64,000 bases of DNA, from assembly GCF_006345805.1 (NCBI RefSeq), contig NC_042997.1, forward strand, positions 29,946,001 to 30,010,000, written 5' to 3'. Positions 50,401 through 61,611 of this stretch are shown piece by piece. The notes under the pieces are model-generated. The model saw only the letters and a list, made by a program, of their open reading frames with translations. It had not been told where the DNA came from and made no database searches. This stretch comes from Octopus sinensis. Taxonomy: Eukaryota. The number at the start of each line of letters is the position of its first letter. Within the stretch, counting starts at the first letter, position 1. The position numbers were made by a program, and so were the translations under genes.

Positions 50401-50665
50401 TGTATTAATTGAAAGGAGGGAAATATGATAAAAGATATCTTTTTAACTTTTACCTTGTTTCAGTCTTTAGGCTGAGAATCACCTTGGAGAATTTTTAGTC
50501 GTATAAAGCTACTCCAGTACTTTTTTGCTTTTTTTCTCTTTCGAAGCCTGGTACTCATACTATTAGTCTCTTTTGATGAACTGTTGAGTTAGACACGCAA
50601 AACACCATCAACGTTTATTTAGCATTGATGGGAGCCAAGCACAGATACACACATATATATATATA

Positions 50666-51232
50666 CACTTGCGTCGGAAATTAATTAGCACTTCTCAAAT
50701 TTCTACATTTTCTTACATTTTCTTAATTTAATTAACTTATTATCAGAAATGAACTCGTTTTTAATCAAAAATTTATTAAAACATATCCCAGCACACCACA
50801 TAATTGTTATTAATCGTGAAATTTAGTCGATATCTTGTTGCTCCTCCTTTGGCAGCAATGACAGCTGCTACGCGGGTCGGCATGCTGTCTATGAGTGCCT
50901 GCAGGTACTGTGCAGGGATGGCCCCTCATGCAGCAAGAAGTGCCCCAAACAGCTCGTGTCGGTTCCTGTATTGCTGCTCATTCAAATCCCTACCCAATCG
51001 ACTCCAGAGGTTCTCAATAGGGTTCAGGTCAGGTGACTGGCCAGCACGTACTCCTCGCCACCAAAGAGGTATCCCGTACTATCTCAACGTACTTTGCTGC
51101 GTTGATGTTGCCTTCGACGGCATAGAGCCGCCCAACACCACTGTAGCTGAACGCCCCTCACACCATCAGACCACCCCCACCATGCTTCATGGTGAGCAAA
51201 TCAAGGGTGCTAATTAATTTCTGACGGTAGTG
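50666..51232 (-). mobile_element. Internally deleted Tc1 element, 567 bp
   Basis: TA-CACTTGCGTCGGAAATTAATTAGCAC ... GTGCTAATTAATTTCTGACGGTAGTG-TA TIRs. Minus peptides MKHGGGGLMV*GAFSYSGVG and PDLNPIENLW...LIDSMPTRVAAVIAAKGG. Confidence 0.92.
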
Positions 51233-51259
51233 TATATATATATATATATATATTTATAT

Positions 51260-51427
51260 ATACGGCGGATTTCTCTCAGTTTCCCTCTACCAAATACGCT
51301 CACAAGGCTTTCGTCGACTCGAGGCTATAGTAGAAGACATATGACCAAGGTACCACGCAGTGGGAGCGAACTTAGATCTATGTGGTTGGGAAGCAAACTT
51401 CTTACTACACAGCCACGCCTGCACCTG
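51260..51427 (-). mobile_element. Diverged 5' half of SINE family A
   Basis: Reverse complement of the head and CORE-like region. Confidence 0.8.
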
Positions 51428-51599
51428 AATAACTATTTAAATTTTAGTAAAATTGGAGGACATACAAACATTTTCATCAGGGTTAGATATGACGCTTCAA
51501 ATGAAAATCTGTAGGAAAGAGCCAATTAAATAATTGCATGGTCAATGTCATGTAGTTAGAAAAAACCTTAATAAGCAGCATAGATTAAAACAAATACTC

Positions 51600-51985
51600 T
51601 TTTACACTTTTTACTCTTTCACTTGTTTCAGTCATTTGACTGTGGCCTTGCTAGAGCACCGCCTTTAGTCGAGCATATCGAATCCAGGACTTATTCTTTG
51701 TAAGCCTAGTACTTATTCTATCGGTCTTTTTTGCCAAACCGTTAAGTTAATCGGTTGTCAAAGCGATGTTGGGGGGAAAAACACAGATACACAAACATAA
51801 ACATACACACGTACATATATACGACGGGCTTCTTTCAGTTTCCGTCTACCAAATCCACTCACAACGCTTTGGTCGGCCGGAGGCTATAGTAGAAAACACT
51901 TGCCCAAGGTACCACGCAGTGGGACTGAACCCGAATCCATGTGGTTCGTAAGCAAGCTACTTACCACACAGCCACTCCTACGCCT
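51600..51985 (-). mobile_element. tRNA-derived SINE, family A (diverged, small internal deletion)
   Basis: Reverse-complement match from head to tail. Confidence 0.88.
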
Positions 51986-51998
51986 ATAAATATGTGAC

Positions 51999-52116
51999 GC
52001 TTACAGCATTTAGGTTTCTCAAGCGGTCACCCATCTAAGTACTAACTAGGCTCGACGTTGTTTAACTTCGGTGATCGGACGAGAACCGGTGCTTTCAACA
52101 TTATATGGCCGTAATG
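51999..52116 (-). pseudogene. 5S rRNA: 5S rRNA pseudogene
   Basis: Minus strand TACGGCCATATAATGTTGAAAGCACCGGTTCTCGTCCGATCACCGAAGTTAAACAACGTCGAGCCTAGTTAGTACTTAGATGGGTGACCGCTTGAGAAACCTAAATGCTGTAAGC. Full-length invertebrate-type 5S with scattered substitutions, single copy, no T-run terminator. Confidence 0.9.
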
Positions 52117-52199
52117 TACAGTAAACGTAAACATATTCACAAAGACCAAATGCATATGTGAATAAAGTGGTAATATTAAGACCAAAAATGGAAATGTAC

Positions 52200-53350
52200 A
52201 GTTTGATCGTCATAGGCATTTAAATTAATTGAATGCATACACGGTGATGAGAATGGATCTACTATTCGCAATTTAGAAGATGCTAACAGAAAGAAAATAT
52301 TATTAATAGAAGAAAAGGTAAACATTCTTCAAAATATGGAAAGATAACTGGGTGTAATTAAAATGAAATAACTAGCATCTAGTCGACCAATCAAGATCAT
52401 TGTTCCATTACTAAAGAAACACGAGTGCACGTTATTTAAGTCCATAATCTTGTGTCATATGACTAAAATACTAAGCATTCAGCAAAAAAATTACAGCAAG
52501 AATATATGAAGAAATGCATTAACTGCAAACTGATTCAAACACCAGAAATGGAAAATGATGAAGGAATATTTAACCTAAGAACCATACGTGAATGAGCTCT
52601 AAACATAAATCAAGAAATTTACATATTCTTCATACTTTATAACAAGGTATTTGACAGAGAAAACTATTAAAAGATTATTAGATACTATAAAAAACTCAGG
52701 ATAGGTGATGACGTCTTCCAAATAATGATAAAACGTATGCTAGGAGGAAACAATACTGGTAAGAACTAAACTGGGTAAAATCTTACAATATAAATAAAGA
52801 GAGTGGGGTAAAGACGTTATTCACTTGACCTAAAGATAACCTAAAGGACATGGACTGGAAATGCATATGTGGAAAATAAAATGAATGGTAATCATCAAGA
52901 ACAGCTACTACCAAAAATAAATTTTGAAGGAAAGCGAACAAAACACATACCAAACATAATATAACTGGGATTTATGCAGTCAGAACACAGAAATCAAAAG
53001 AAGGTTTCAGTTAGCTAGAATGCTATTTAGAAAATCGTCAAACATTTATCGAAAAAACATTAATATTGGAATCAGAAAACAGATTATTAAAACGTTACGT
53101 ATGGCCTTCTCTATTCTATGAAGCAGAAATATCATAAAATAGATAACAATCCCTTGAGGTGTGGGGCAGACAGAAGACTTTTGACAATATGGACAGAACA
53201 CCTAATGAAATATCAAGAGTGGTAAAAAAATAATAATGATTTGTCCGACAACAAAGACAGGAAATTAAAATATTTTGGAGTCGTAATTAGAAAATATTGC
53301 TTAGAGACAGTTAACAGAGAAGCAAAATGAATTGCTAATATCTACGATCA
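52200..53350 (+). mobile_element. Heavily decayed RTE-like RT region
   Basis: Frame-broken motifs such as TIRE*ALNINQEIYIFFI.YNKVFDR, followed by RTE-like C-terminal segments. Confidence 0.55.
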
Positions 53351-53989
53351 GCACAAGAAAGATTGATACATAAATGTGCGTCCGTGTGTTTGTGTTTCTT
53401 CGTCTTTCTCTTTATATATAGCTAAGTTATATATATATAGCTAAGTCAATGCCTCCAAGCGCTCTTCGCTCCTTTAACCCTTTATATAATTTATATATTT
53501 ATATAATTCAGTTCGTTTGTCTCCATTCCTAACATACTTTGCTCTTCTCTTAACTTCTGCCAACTTCTCCTTCAGCTAACCTATTTCTCATTCCCAAGAA
53601 TAAACTCCATTCACCTCATCTTTATCTACATACATACACACACGTGCGTGCTGCGCACACGCACACACACACAAATCATCACCATCATCCATCCCAAATA
53701 AATTACAGACCTGTTTCAACCATTATTACCATCATTTTTTTTTATCCAACCCGTCTTCTTTAAGCCAATTCATTCCGCTCTTTGTAGAGCTATATTCTTA
53801 AGAATTACCCTCCGTCTCACAGCGTGAACAAGCAACTACCAGCCAAGTTTCAAACCTGCCAACAAAATTACAATAAATATTAAACTGTCTTACATCTGTT
53901 GTTCAGTCAATACCCGATGTTTTTATGTAGATATTTTCACTTTTTGATAATTATATACAGTAAATTACACGCTTATGCATTAACGGATT

Positions 53990-54177
53990 AATATTGATTT
54001 CAAATTTTGACACAAAGCCAGCAATTTCGAGGGTTCAACAGGTACTTAGTTAATCAACGCCGGCACGATGAAAGGCAACGTTGATTTCGGACGAATTTGA
54101 ACTCAGACGTGAAGACGGTCGAAATGCCGCTAAGGATTTTGCCCGGCGTGCTGACGACTCTGCCTACTCTCCGCCTT
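53990..54177 (-). mobile_element. Diverged SINE family B (Deu/Nin-like)
   Basis: Reverse complement of the GGCGGAGAGTAGGCAGAGTCGTCAGCACGCCGGGC...GAGTTCAAATTCG...GCCTTTCATC head. Confidence 0.7.
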
Positions 54178-54651
54178 AAACGGATTGATATTCAGAAGGA
54201 AGGTGTATAGCGATATTTAGACAGTGCAAACCACTATCAAGACACTATAAACAAGAGCAGGTCTGCAGACAAGTTTTGATATTTTTGTATGGTTATTATT
54301 ATTGGCTTGTCCTGAAGCAGGTATCACCCCACCGAGTCGGGTAACATTGATTACGTTTGATCTTCTCTTGAACAGTTTCAAGTAATTAACTTTTAAAATA
54401 TGTGAGTAAAGGTTTCGTATTGCAGTATGAAGACGAACGTTGATAAATGCAAAATGAGTAATCTAAATCCATTTCTGATCGAGACTAAAATAATTGTTTC
54501 GATAGACATCGACTGCACGACAGAGGTGGTGGACTCAAAGCAAGTAATGAGGATTCGAATAATCGGAAGTGCTAGAGTTGAGCTAGAACAAGATTAGAGT
54601 GGTCCAAAAAGCAGATGCTTTTTTATTGTTAGTACAAAAGCCGAAGAGAAG

Positions 54652-54705
54652 ATGACCATACACCAGATTATGACCATACACCAGATGATGACCATATACC
54701 AGATT
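54652..54705. repeat. 18-bp unit repeated three times
   Basis: ATGACCATA(C/T)ACCAGAT(T/G) x3. Confidence 0.9.
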
Positions 54706-55171
54706 TTGCATTGCGTTTCTGAGAAACATTATTCATCAGTCGAGTGTTCTTTCTTTGAATACAGTCTGCCACGTGTGCGTACGTGTCCGTGCGTGTGTGT
54801 TGTATCTTCTTCTTACCGAATATAGAAGCAACAGTCCATTATGGATTTCGGTTTTGAGAGGTCATTATTTTAGCAAATGAGGTATTTCAGGCTCTGAAGA
54901 AAGAGAATCATTGTGTTATTGTCATTAATACGTTGAGCACAGACATTTACCTGGAGAGATCCTTTGTTAAAGTGAAGCGTTGTAATTGAAGCAGCTGTAT
55001 TCAGTAAGTTGCGATATTTTCTTGGTGTCTTTTTGTTGCGAATGAAGACACACTTTGCATGAACCTTTCGAAAAATGATTTTGAAATCTCCGATCGCAGG
55101 ATCAGAAATGGGTACTTGTATGTGATACTTAGGTACAAAAGATTGGAGAGGAATAATAGGTAGCACAATCT

Positions 55172-55579
55172 AGCTGGCAGAATCGTTAGCACATTGGGCG
55201 AAATGCGTAGCCGTATTTCGTCTGCCGTTATGTTCAGAGTTCAAATTCCGCCGAGGTCGACTTTGCCTTTCATCCTTTCGGGGTCGATTAAATAAGTACC
55301 AGTTACGCACTGGGGTCGATATAAACGACTTAATCCGTTTGTCTGTCCTTGTTTGTCCTCTCTGTGTTTAGCCCCTTGTGGGTAGTAAAGAAATAGGTAT
55401 TTCGTCTGCCGTTACGTTCTGAATTCAAATTCCGCCGAGGTCGACTTTAGCTTTCATCCTTTCGGAGTCGATTAAATAAGTACCAGTTACGCACTGGTGT
55501 CGATGTCATTAACTTAATCCCTTTGTCTGTCCTTGTTTGTCCCCTCTATGTTTAGCCCCTTGTGGGCAATAAAGAAATA
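55172..55579 (+). mobile_element. SINE family B (tRNA head, Deu/Nin-like centre) followed by a tandem partial copy
   Basis: GAGTTCAAATTCCGCC B-box and GCCTTTCATCCTTTCGGGGTCGATTAAATAAGTACC centre. A second copy begins internally at 55397, directly after the AAAGAAATAG tail. Confidence 0.88.
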
Positions 55580-57409
55580 AATCTACATAGGAGAGAGTGT
55601 TGTTGGAAGTGATGCCATGTAGGTAGGTGATTTACAAAATGAAGAGTGGGGGAGGGAGACAATAATAAGCCCTGTGATAGAGCTTATTGATTTGTAAGAA
55701 GAAAAGATCAATGAAACGGAAACTGATGATAATTTTTGGAGTAAAACGCTAGATAAAGTCTTTAATCCTACCAATAATGAGATTGTGAAGAAGTATATAT
55801 TTCATCGTCCATGTCGACTGTAAAACAGTGATGAAGAACACTAAATATACAAAGAATTGTTTGCATCCTTTTCTGATTGGGAAAAAATAGTAATCGAAGA
55901 GTAATCACTATATGAAAAGGAGAATCAAAAAGTAAAGGAAGATTTACTTTCACAGTGAAAGAAATTTCCCAATTGCAGTGCGCTATCACTAGATATTCTT
56001 CTACTTGCCGCTGCTCTCACATTTTTAGGGCACATATTAATGTGCGACACTGCTAAATTTTGAAGTTCAAATGTAATGCGTGACCCAGCTGTTCTTCCAG
56101 TACATGTCTTAAGCTGAGCCGTCCTGGTGACATTAGAAGACAAGCAAAAATATTAATTAAAGGGTGCGATAAATTCTGTGCTTTCTGATCCATAAACATC
56201 CATAGGTTATAATACATTTAGGTTTTCATCTATAACATGGCGAAAGCTGGCTTTCCTAGGTAAAATATTTGTAGGTTTAGTTACGCAGCTTTCATTTAAC
56301 TATGTCGAACTTATGAACTTGCCAAAACTCTTCGACATAAGTGTCTTCCAAAATACACTTCACAAAGCCGTCATTGTCCCTCTAAAGTCTCAGGCCGGCA
56401 TACCTGAACGTCCCGATGTGTGGACAGTGGCGCATTTGAGAACTTTAACACCAACCTAAGCAATGTTGGCTATTTTCACATGCTCCTACTATTCAGTACG
56501 TCAAAGTATAGAAGATTAGCGTGCGAGATACTGTTGAAAAATTTGCTGACGTCGGATGTAATAACAATGGTTTTAAAAAATTCCTCGAGGGTGACAGCGA
56601 ACCAATGTACGATGCAGGAGAGCGGCTGTACGTGTTGGGCGTGGTTTTACGAAAATAGTGATCAACATATTGAAGACGTTTGTTGTTAATAGTCGTCTTC
56701 ACTACGTTTGAGTGACATAGCATCTTACGAGGTTTGATTTAACCGGGTGATGCGATAAACATACCTATACTCTTAAGGAAACAAAGGAACATAATAGTTT
56801 ATCAGACAATGCGTTATCGATTTCTTTGCAGAACACTAACCAGTCCTTTTCTCTATTTATATTGAAACTTGAAGAAGAAATTACGAAGGTGTTCTGAAAA
56901 GAATCAGTAGAAACAGTGAAAGTGCTATGGTTAAAAATCTATAAGTAGTTTTAATGTTTGTAAACTTCTCAAAAGCTTCCGAGGCAAAATCGATCAAATT
57001 TTTTTCTCGCGTGAGATATACCTGAAGATATAATAAAAGCATAGAGAATTTCACAGATTGAACCACATAAATTGTCATCTGGCAAGTGCAAAATTTACAA
57101 GAGATAATATGGAACATATTTTTCTCATTAAAAACTATAGCAACAACGGTCTCCAGATATACTTTAAGAATTGTCTATCTATATTCTCTCACAATTGAGA
57201 AAGATTTAACTGAAATTATGAATTATCAGATTTCAGACGTGCATTTATTTTAAAACAGTGACTTGTAGAAAATGACATGTTTGAAAGTAAAACTCTGAAA
57301 GCTTTCTTGCTTAATTTAATACTTACATGTATACACACATATATATATTTGAATACATGCGTGCGTACATACATACATACATACATACATACATACATAC
57401 ATACATACA

Positions 57410-57443
<34 letters not shown>

Positions 57444-58207
57444 AGCACATTGTTCCATACATACAGGTGTGTTTGTGTGTGCGACAGGAGTTCAATCTCA
57501 TTCTACGTATTTTCACTCTCAAATTAAAACAAATGATCTTTAGAGTAAACAAGGGAAATTCAAATTGAAATAAACGACTTCCAAATTGAAACACGTGAAT
57601 CTCAAAACAATTGAGCTTGAATTTAAAGAACTTTAATTCAAATGAGATGGACTTTTATTTAAAACAAATAAATATTAATTTAAAATATATGAAAATCATA
57701 TAACAATAACAAATGCAAGGTTAAAAACATTGCTTACGACTTCAAACATTACGTTTTGTTGAAAGTCATATTTTAAGATTCAAGGAAACATTTTTTGTAT
57801 CTTAGAGCATATAATTGTTGAAGTAAAGCAACAATACAAAGTATGTTATTACATCCGCCTCAACATGACTCCATTTCTTGATTAGACTAGGGTCGACTGA
57901 ATGAGGGCCACCATCGCTAAGTATAACCTACAAGGATACTTCTGTGGAGTTGTTCGAACTGCTAGAAACAGCAACCTAATCTTCAGATATTACCCATTAA
58001 AATTAAATATAGATGAATGTATATGGTAGAATAATATGTCATCTCTGCGCTAAATTTCGCACCTTCCCAAATATTTATGAATGAATTTCATTCTCAAAAT
58101 GGTGCTGAATGACCAGGCAGCTTCAGTGTGCTAACAAGTTTGACATATGAATAAGCAAAGTTAAGGATTCCTTTTATCACACCCTCATTTTCCATAGTGC
58201 TTCATCT

Positions 58208-58438
58208 GGCGAGCTGGCAGTCGGCGAGCTGACAGAAACGTTAACACGCCGGGCGAAATGCTTAGTAGTATTTCGTTCTGAGTTCAAATTCCGCCGAGGT
58301 CGACTTTGCCTTTCATCCTTTCGGGGTCGATTAAATAAGTACCAGTTACGCACTGAGGTCGATATAATCGATTTAATCCGATTGTCTGTCCTTGTTTTTC
58401 CCCTCTATGTTTACCCCCCTGAGGCAATAAAGAAATAA
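58208..58438 (+). mobile_element. SINE family B with a duplicated 5' start
   Basis: Family B match; AGTGCTTCA on both flanks (58196 and 58441) is a probable TSD. Confidence 0.88.
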
Positions 58439-58454
58439 GCAGTGCTTCAGCTAT

Positions 58455-58640
58455 ATAGTTCAGCTTTGGGACCTTTGGAGGATACAGACAACAAATCTGC
58501 CCAAGTTCTGAGCATAGATGGTCGTCGCCGAGGAACTGCGACTGTGTACATCTGCAGTTTGAAACTACTAATTATATATTTACTTGTCCTGTCGCCTTAT
58601 CTCCCATCACCAGTCGACATGGTGGCGGTAGAATTGCAGA
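58455..58640 (+). mobile_element. Probable decayed RTE endonuclease N-terminal fragment
   Basis: Frame-broken LEDTDN...VVAEELRL...ICSL resembles the RTE APE start (RTL.D...VA.EL.R...IAALSET). Confidence 0.4.
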
Positions 58641-58734
58641 AATAATATAACTGTTAGCCTATGCACACAGATGATTTGTTACTATTGCATAAGGCGTGTG
58701 GAGAACAAGCCACACTTTTCGAAATGCAAATAGC

Positions 58735-58794
58735 TCAAAGACTTGTGAGTGGATTTGGTAGACGGAAACTGAAAGAATCCCGTCATAGAAATAT

Positions 58795-58830
<36 letters not shown>

Positions 58831-58990
58831 GTGTATGATTATATAATATCTAGGTGTGTGTGTATCTTTGTCTCTGTATCTGCGCCCCCACCACCGCTTG
58901 ACAACCGATGTTAGTACGCTTATGTTCTCGTAACTTAGCAGCTTGGCAAAAGAGAAGGATAGAATAAGTAGAGGGCTTTAGTAAAAAATA
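58735..58990 (+). mobile_element. Diverged partial SINE family A
   Basis: CTTGTGAGTGGATTTGGTAGACGGAAACTGAAAGAA...GCTTGACAACCGATG. Confidence 0.8.
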
Positions 58991-59155
58991 AGTACATTCA
59001 ACAAAAAATAAGTCAGGTTGCAATATTTCACCAAAAAGGATGAATAAAATTAATATAAAGAGTAGGTTGCAGTGTTTCACCAAAACGGAGAATTATAATT
59101 CTCATAGAATGTGGCTAGGGTGTTAACATCTACATTGCTAGAAATAAGAGCTAAA

Positions 59156-59375
59156 GGCAGTGAACTGGCAGAAACGGGCGAAATGCTTAGCGGCATTTCA
59201 TCTGCCGCTACGTTCTCAGTTCAAATTCCGCCGAAGTCGACTTTGCCTTTCATCCTTTCGGGGTCGATTAAATAAGTACCAGTTACGCACTGGGGTCGAT
59301 GTAATCGACTTAATCCGTTTGTTTGTCCTTGTTTGTCCCCTCTGTGTGTAGCCCCTTGTGGGTAGTAAAGAAATA
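59156..59375 (+). mobile_element. SINE family B with a 16-bp target-site duplication
   Basis: AGAAATAAGAGCTAAA at 59140-59155 and 59376-59391. Confidence 0.9.
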
Positions 59376-59473
59376 AGAAATAAGAGCTAAAATGCTCTAA
59401 TGTTGCAGTTAAACCCACTTGAATGAAAACATATTCACTAACATGGACCTGAATCGTCCACCGATCGAGAATT

Positions 59474-59522
59474 CTTAATACTGACGTCAGTTTCGGCAAT
59501 TTCCGTTATCTCATCAGTTAAG
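59474..59522 (-). ncRNA. Solitary type I hammerhead ribozyme, intact core
   Basis: Minus strand CTTAA-CTGATGA-GATAAC GGAA ATTGCC-GAAA-CTG ACGT CAG-TA^TTAAG. Helix I has 5 perfect bp, helix III has an ACGU loop within the palindrome ACTGACGTCAGT, the putative cleavage triplet is GUA, and helix II has one A-C mismatch. Confidence 0.75.
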
Positions 59523-60077
59523 CGCACGTGATATCGGCTTTTTTTTTCGGACTTGCTTCTCTGTTAGAAAATATGTTCGTTTTTTTATCCAAATTAATGG
59601 ATGATTTAGTGATTCGCTAATATGTATACATAAAATTAATATAAACAGCAGGATGCAAAAGGGAGAATTATAATTATCACTAAGCGTGACCTGTGTGAGT
59701 ACATTGCTAGAAATACATACATGCATGCATATATCTTTTTTCACACACACACATATATGTGTCTGTATGTGTATATATGTATATAACCTGTTGGTCAAGT
59801 TCCCTAAACATAACTACATAAAATTACATTGAATACAATAGAAATATTAACTAAAACAAAATCATGAGAAACAAGAACAAAACGCATACATAAATTTGTG
59901 GAATTTTCAATGTATTTTTCAAATATATGTATAACTATGCATCAAGTAACAATACAACTAACATTAAAATTAACATGGATTTGTTTCGTGACTATATTAC
60001 GAACCATGGTGAGAACTGAGAACACGATTATTCAGCATTATTCAGTTCATAACAACTTCTACTGATACAGACAAGTG

Positions 60078-60151
<74 letters not shown>

Positions 60152-60762
60152 TATAAGTATGCAAAATGATTGTAATAATGCCAAGAATAATACCAGGGGA
60201 GATTCGTGACTACATCAACGAAATCTGGAGTAAAATAAGCACACTATTGTTCAAAATAAAGGACATAAAAACTTCTCTATAAATTATATATAAATATGAG
60301 AAATTTACTACAGAGCTAACATTATGGCAGACCGGTTTCACGTCAGCCTTAGAACCAGTAGCGGAAGCTAAATAAAAATTAGAAATATTAGATGTGCTGA
60401 CGAACAGAAATTATTGTACATGTATACCTATATATATACCCGACAAAAGAGCAATCTCAGAAAGAGAAACTGAGAGGTATATTTTTTTTTTATATTGTCG
60501 AGTAGGTCATTCCTGTTTAGCCTATATATCTGATCAGACTTGCCGACTATTTTACACAGTCCTGCTTACATATATTTAACTCTTATCTTAAACCAGTTAA
60601 AGTAAAATAAGTAAATTGTGTCAACAGAGTTTCAAATATTAAATTTTTTTTATAAAAATGCGAAAATAAGCCTTTTAGTCGTTGGTTCGATAATATAACT
60701 CTTTCAGAGAGACATTTCAGAAGTTTATCTGTACATATTCTTTTCTATTCTAGGTACAGGCC

Positions 60763-60860
60763 CGAAATTTTGTGGGAGGAGGGCAGCCGATTAGATCTAC
60801 TCCAGTACGCAACTGGTACTTAATTTATCGACTCCGAAGGTTGAAAGGCAAAGTCGATTG
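60763..60860 (-). mobile_element. SINE family B 3' fragment
   Basis: Reverse complement of TCGACTTTGCCTTTCAACCTTCGGAGTCGATAAATTAAGTACCAG. Confidence 0.7.
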
Positions 60861-61039
60861 TTCCACAATGTAATTTTCCGTTTTGTAGAGAGAGAAGCAG
60901 CCAGACGGAGGAAATATCTTCATATATATATCTAGAAGATCAAAAATAAAATCACAGATGGCAAAAACAAAACGAACACGCAATCCAGCGAAAAAATTAT
61001 TAAAAATAACCGTTAACAGATATGGCTGTATAAACGCCC

Positions 61040-61265
61040 TTGGGTAAGCTCCATGGCGCAAGTACAGTCGCTCATACAAGCATCCCCAAATCCCCTAGAT
61101 GCTTTTCTTCCTACAAAACGGAAACTTACATTGCGGAACAGTCATTTTAGCAAGTTGTATTTATTTATCACCCGACAAGATACATCTGCACCACTGGATG
61201 CTCCTGAACCAGTTGTTGAGTGTCCCACCCAAGAGGAGTCGATGCCAAATGTTTCAATGTCCTGA
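61040..61265 (-). mobile_element. Possible DIRS-type tyrosine recombinase C-terminal relic
   Basis: Minus peptide FGIDSSWVGHSTTGSGASSGADVSCRVINKY resembles the GID..F..HSTR.A..S motif of DIRS recombinases, with a stop downstream. Confidence 0.35.
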
Positions 61266-61611
61266 TTAATAATAAATTCTCGTATATTCTATCTTCCATT
61301 TTTCATTTGCCATAAAAATTCACACGATCCCCATTTCTTCTGAACTGAGAAGGAAAAAGGTTTAATGCTGCTCTCACGATAGAAAATTCGATTTCTCAAC
61401 ATGACCCCCACCTTCTTTTTTCGGATTACAGGACGAAAATTTTGTACACACACGTATGGCTGGCTGCTGATTGCCGCTGACACCGTACCATGGGACGTAA
61501 CTCTTCTTTTTTCAAGAAAAATGTTACATCTTTTCAACTTTTTAGTTTCATTCCACTTTTTGTCATCACTGACCAAACTAGGATTGTATATTCACCGCTA
61601 CCATAAATAAA

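Noticed and set aside
54715-54745. Minus-strand CTGATGA...GAAA with correct spacing
   Set aside because: No helix II, no NUH triplet and no helix I.
54870-55166. 98-aa minus ORF with a CAG|GTAAAT donor
   Set aside because: Several frames on both strands are open, only weak AAG acceptors are present, and no family is recognisable. Not supportable by eye.
56330-56760. GC-richer island with open frames on both strands and an AG|GTATGC donor near 56404
   Set aside because: Frame and strand are ambiguous, so exon and old repeat cannot be distinguished without data.
58455-58570. Minus-strand Cys-rich peptide CTQSQFLGDDHLCSELGQICCL after an acceptor
   Set aside because: The plus strand is better explained as an RTE endonuclease relic, and there is no good donor.
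60328-60360. Minus-strand GAAACCGGTC motif like the 24.7-kb relic
   Set aside because: No recognisable CTGANGA upstream; too decayed to call.
61120-61262. Minus-strand acceptor and strong GTAAGT donor pair
   Set aside because: The best frame has a stop before the donor, and the peptide looks like a recombinase relic rather than a host exon.
61289-61576. Minus ORF with SDDKKWN...TVSAAISS, faintly Tc3-like
   Set aside because: Only two short motifs and no TIR.
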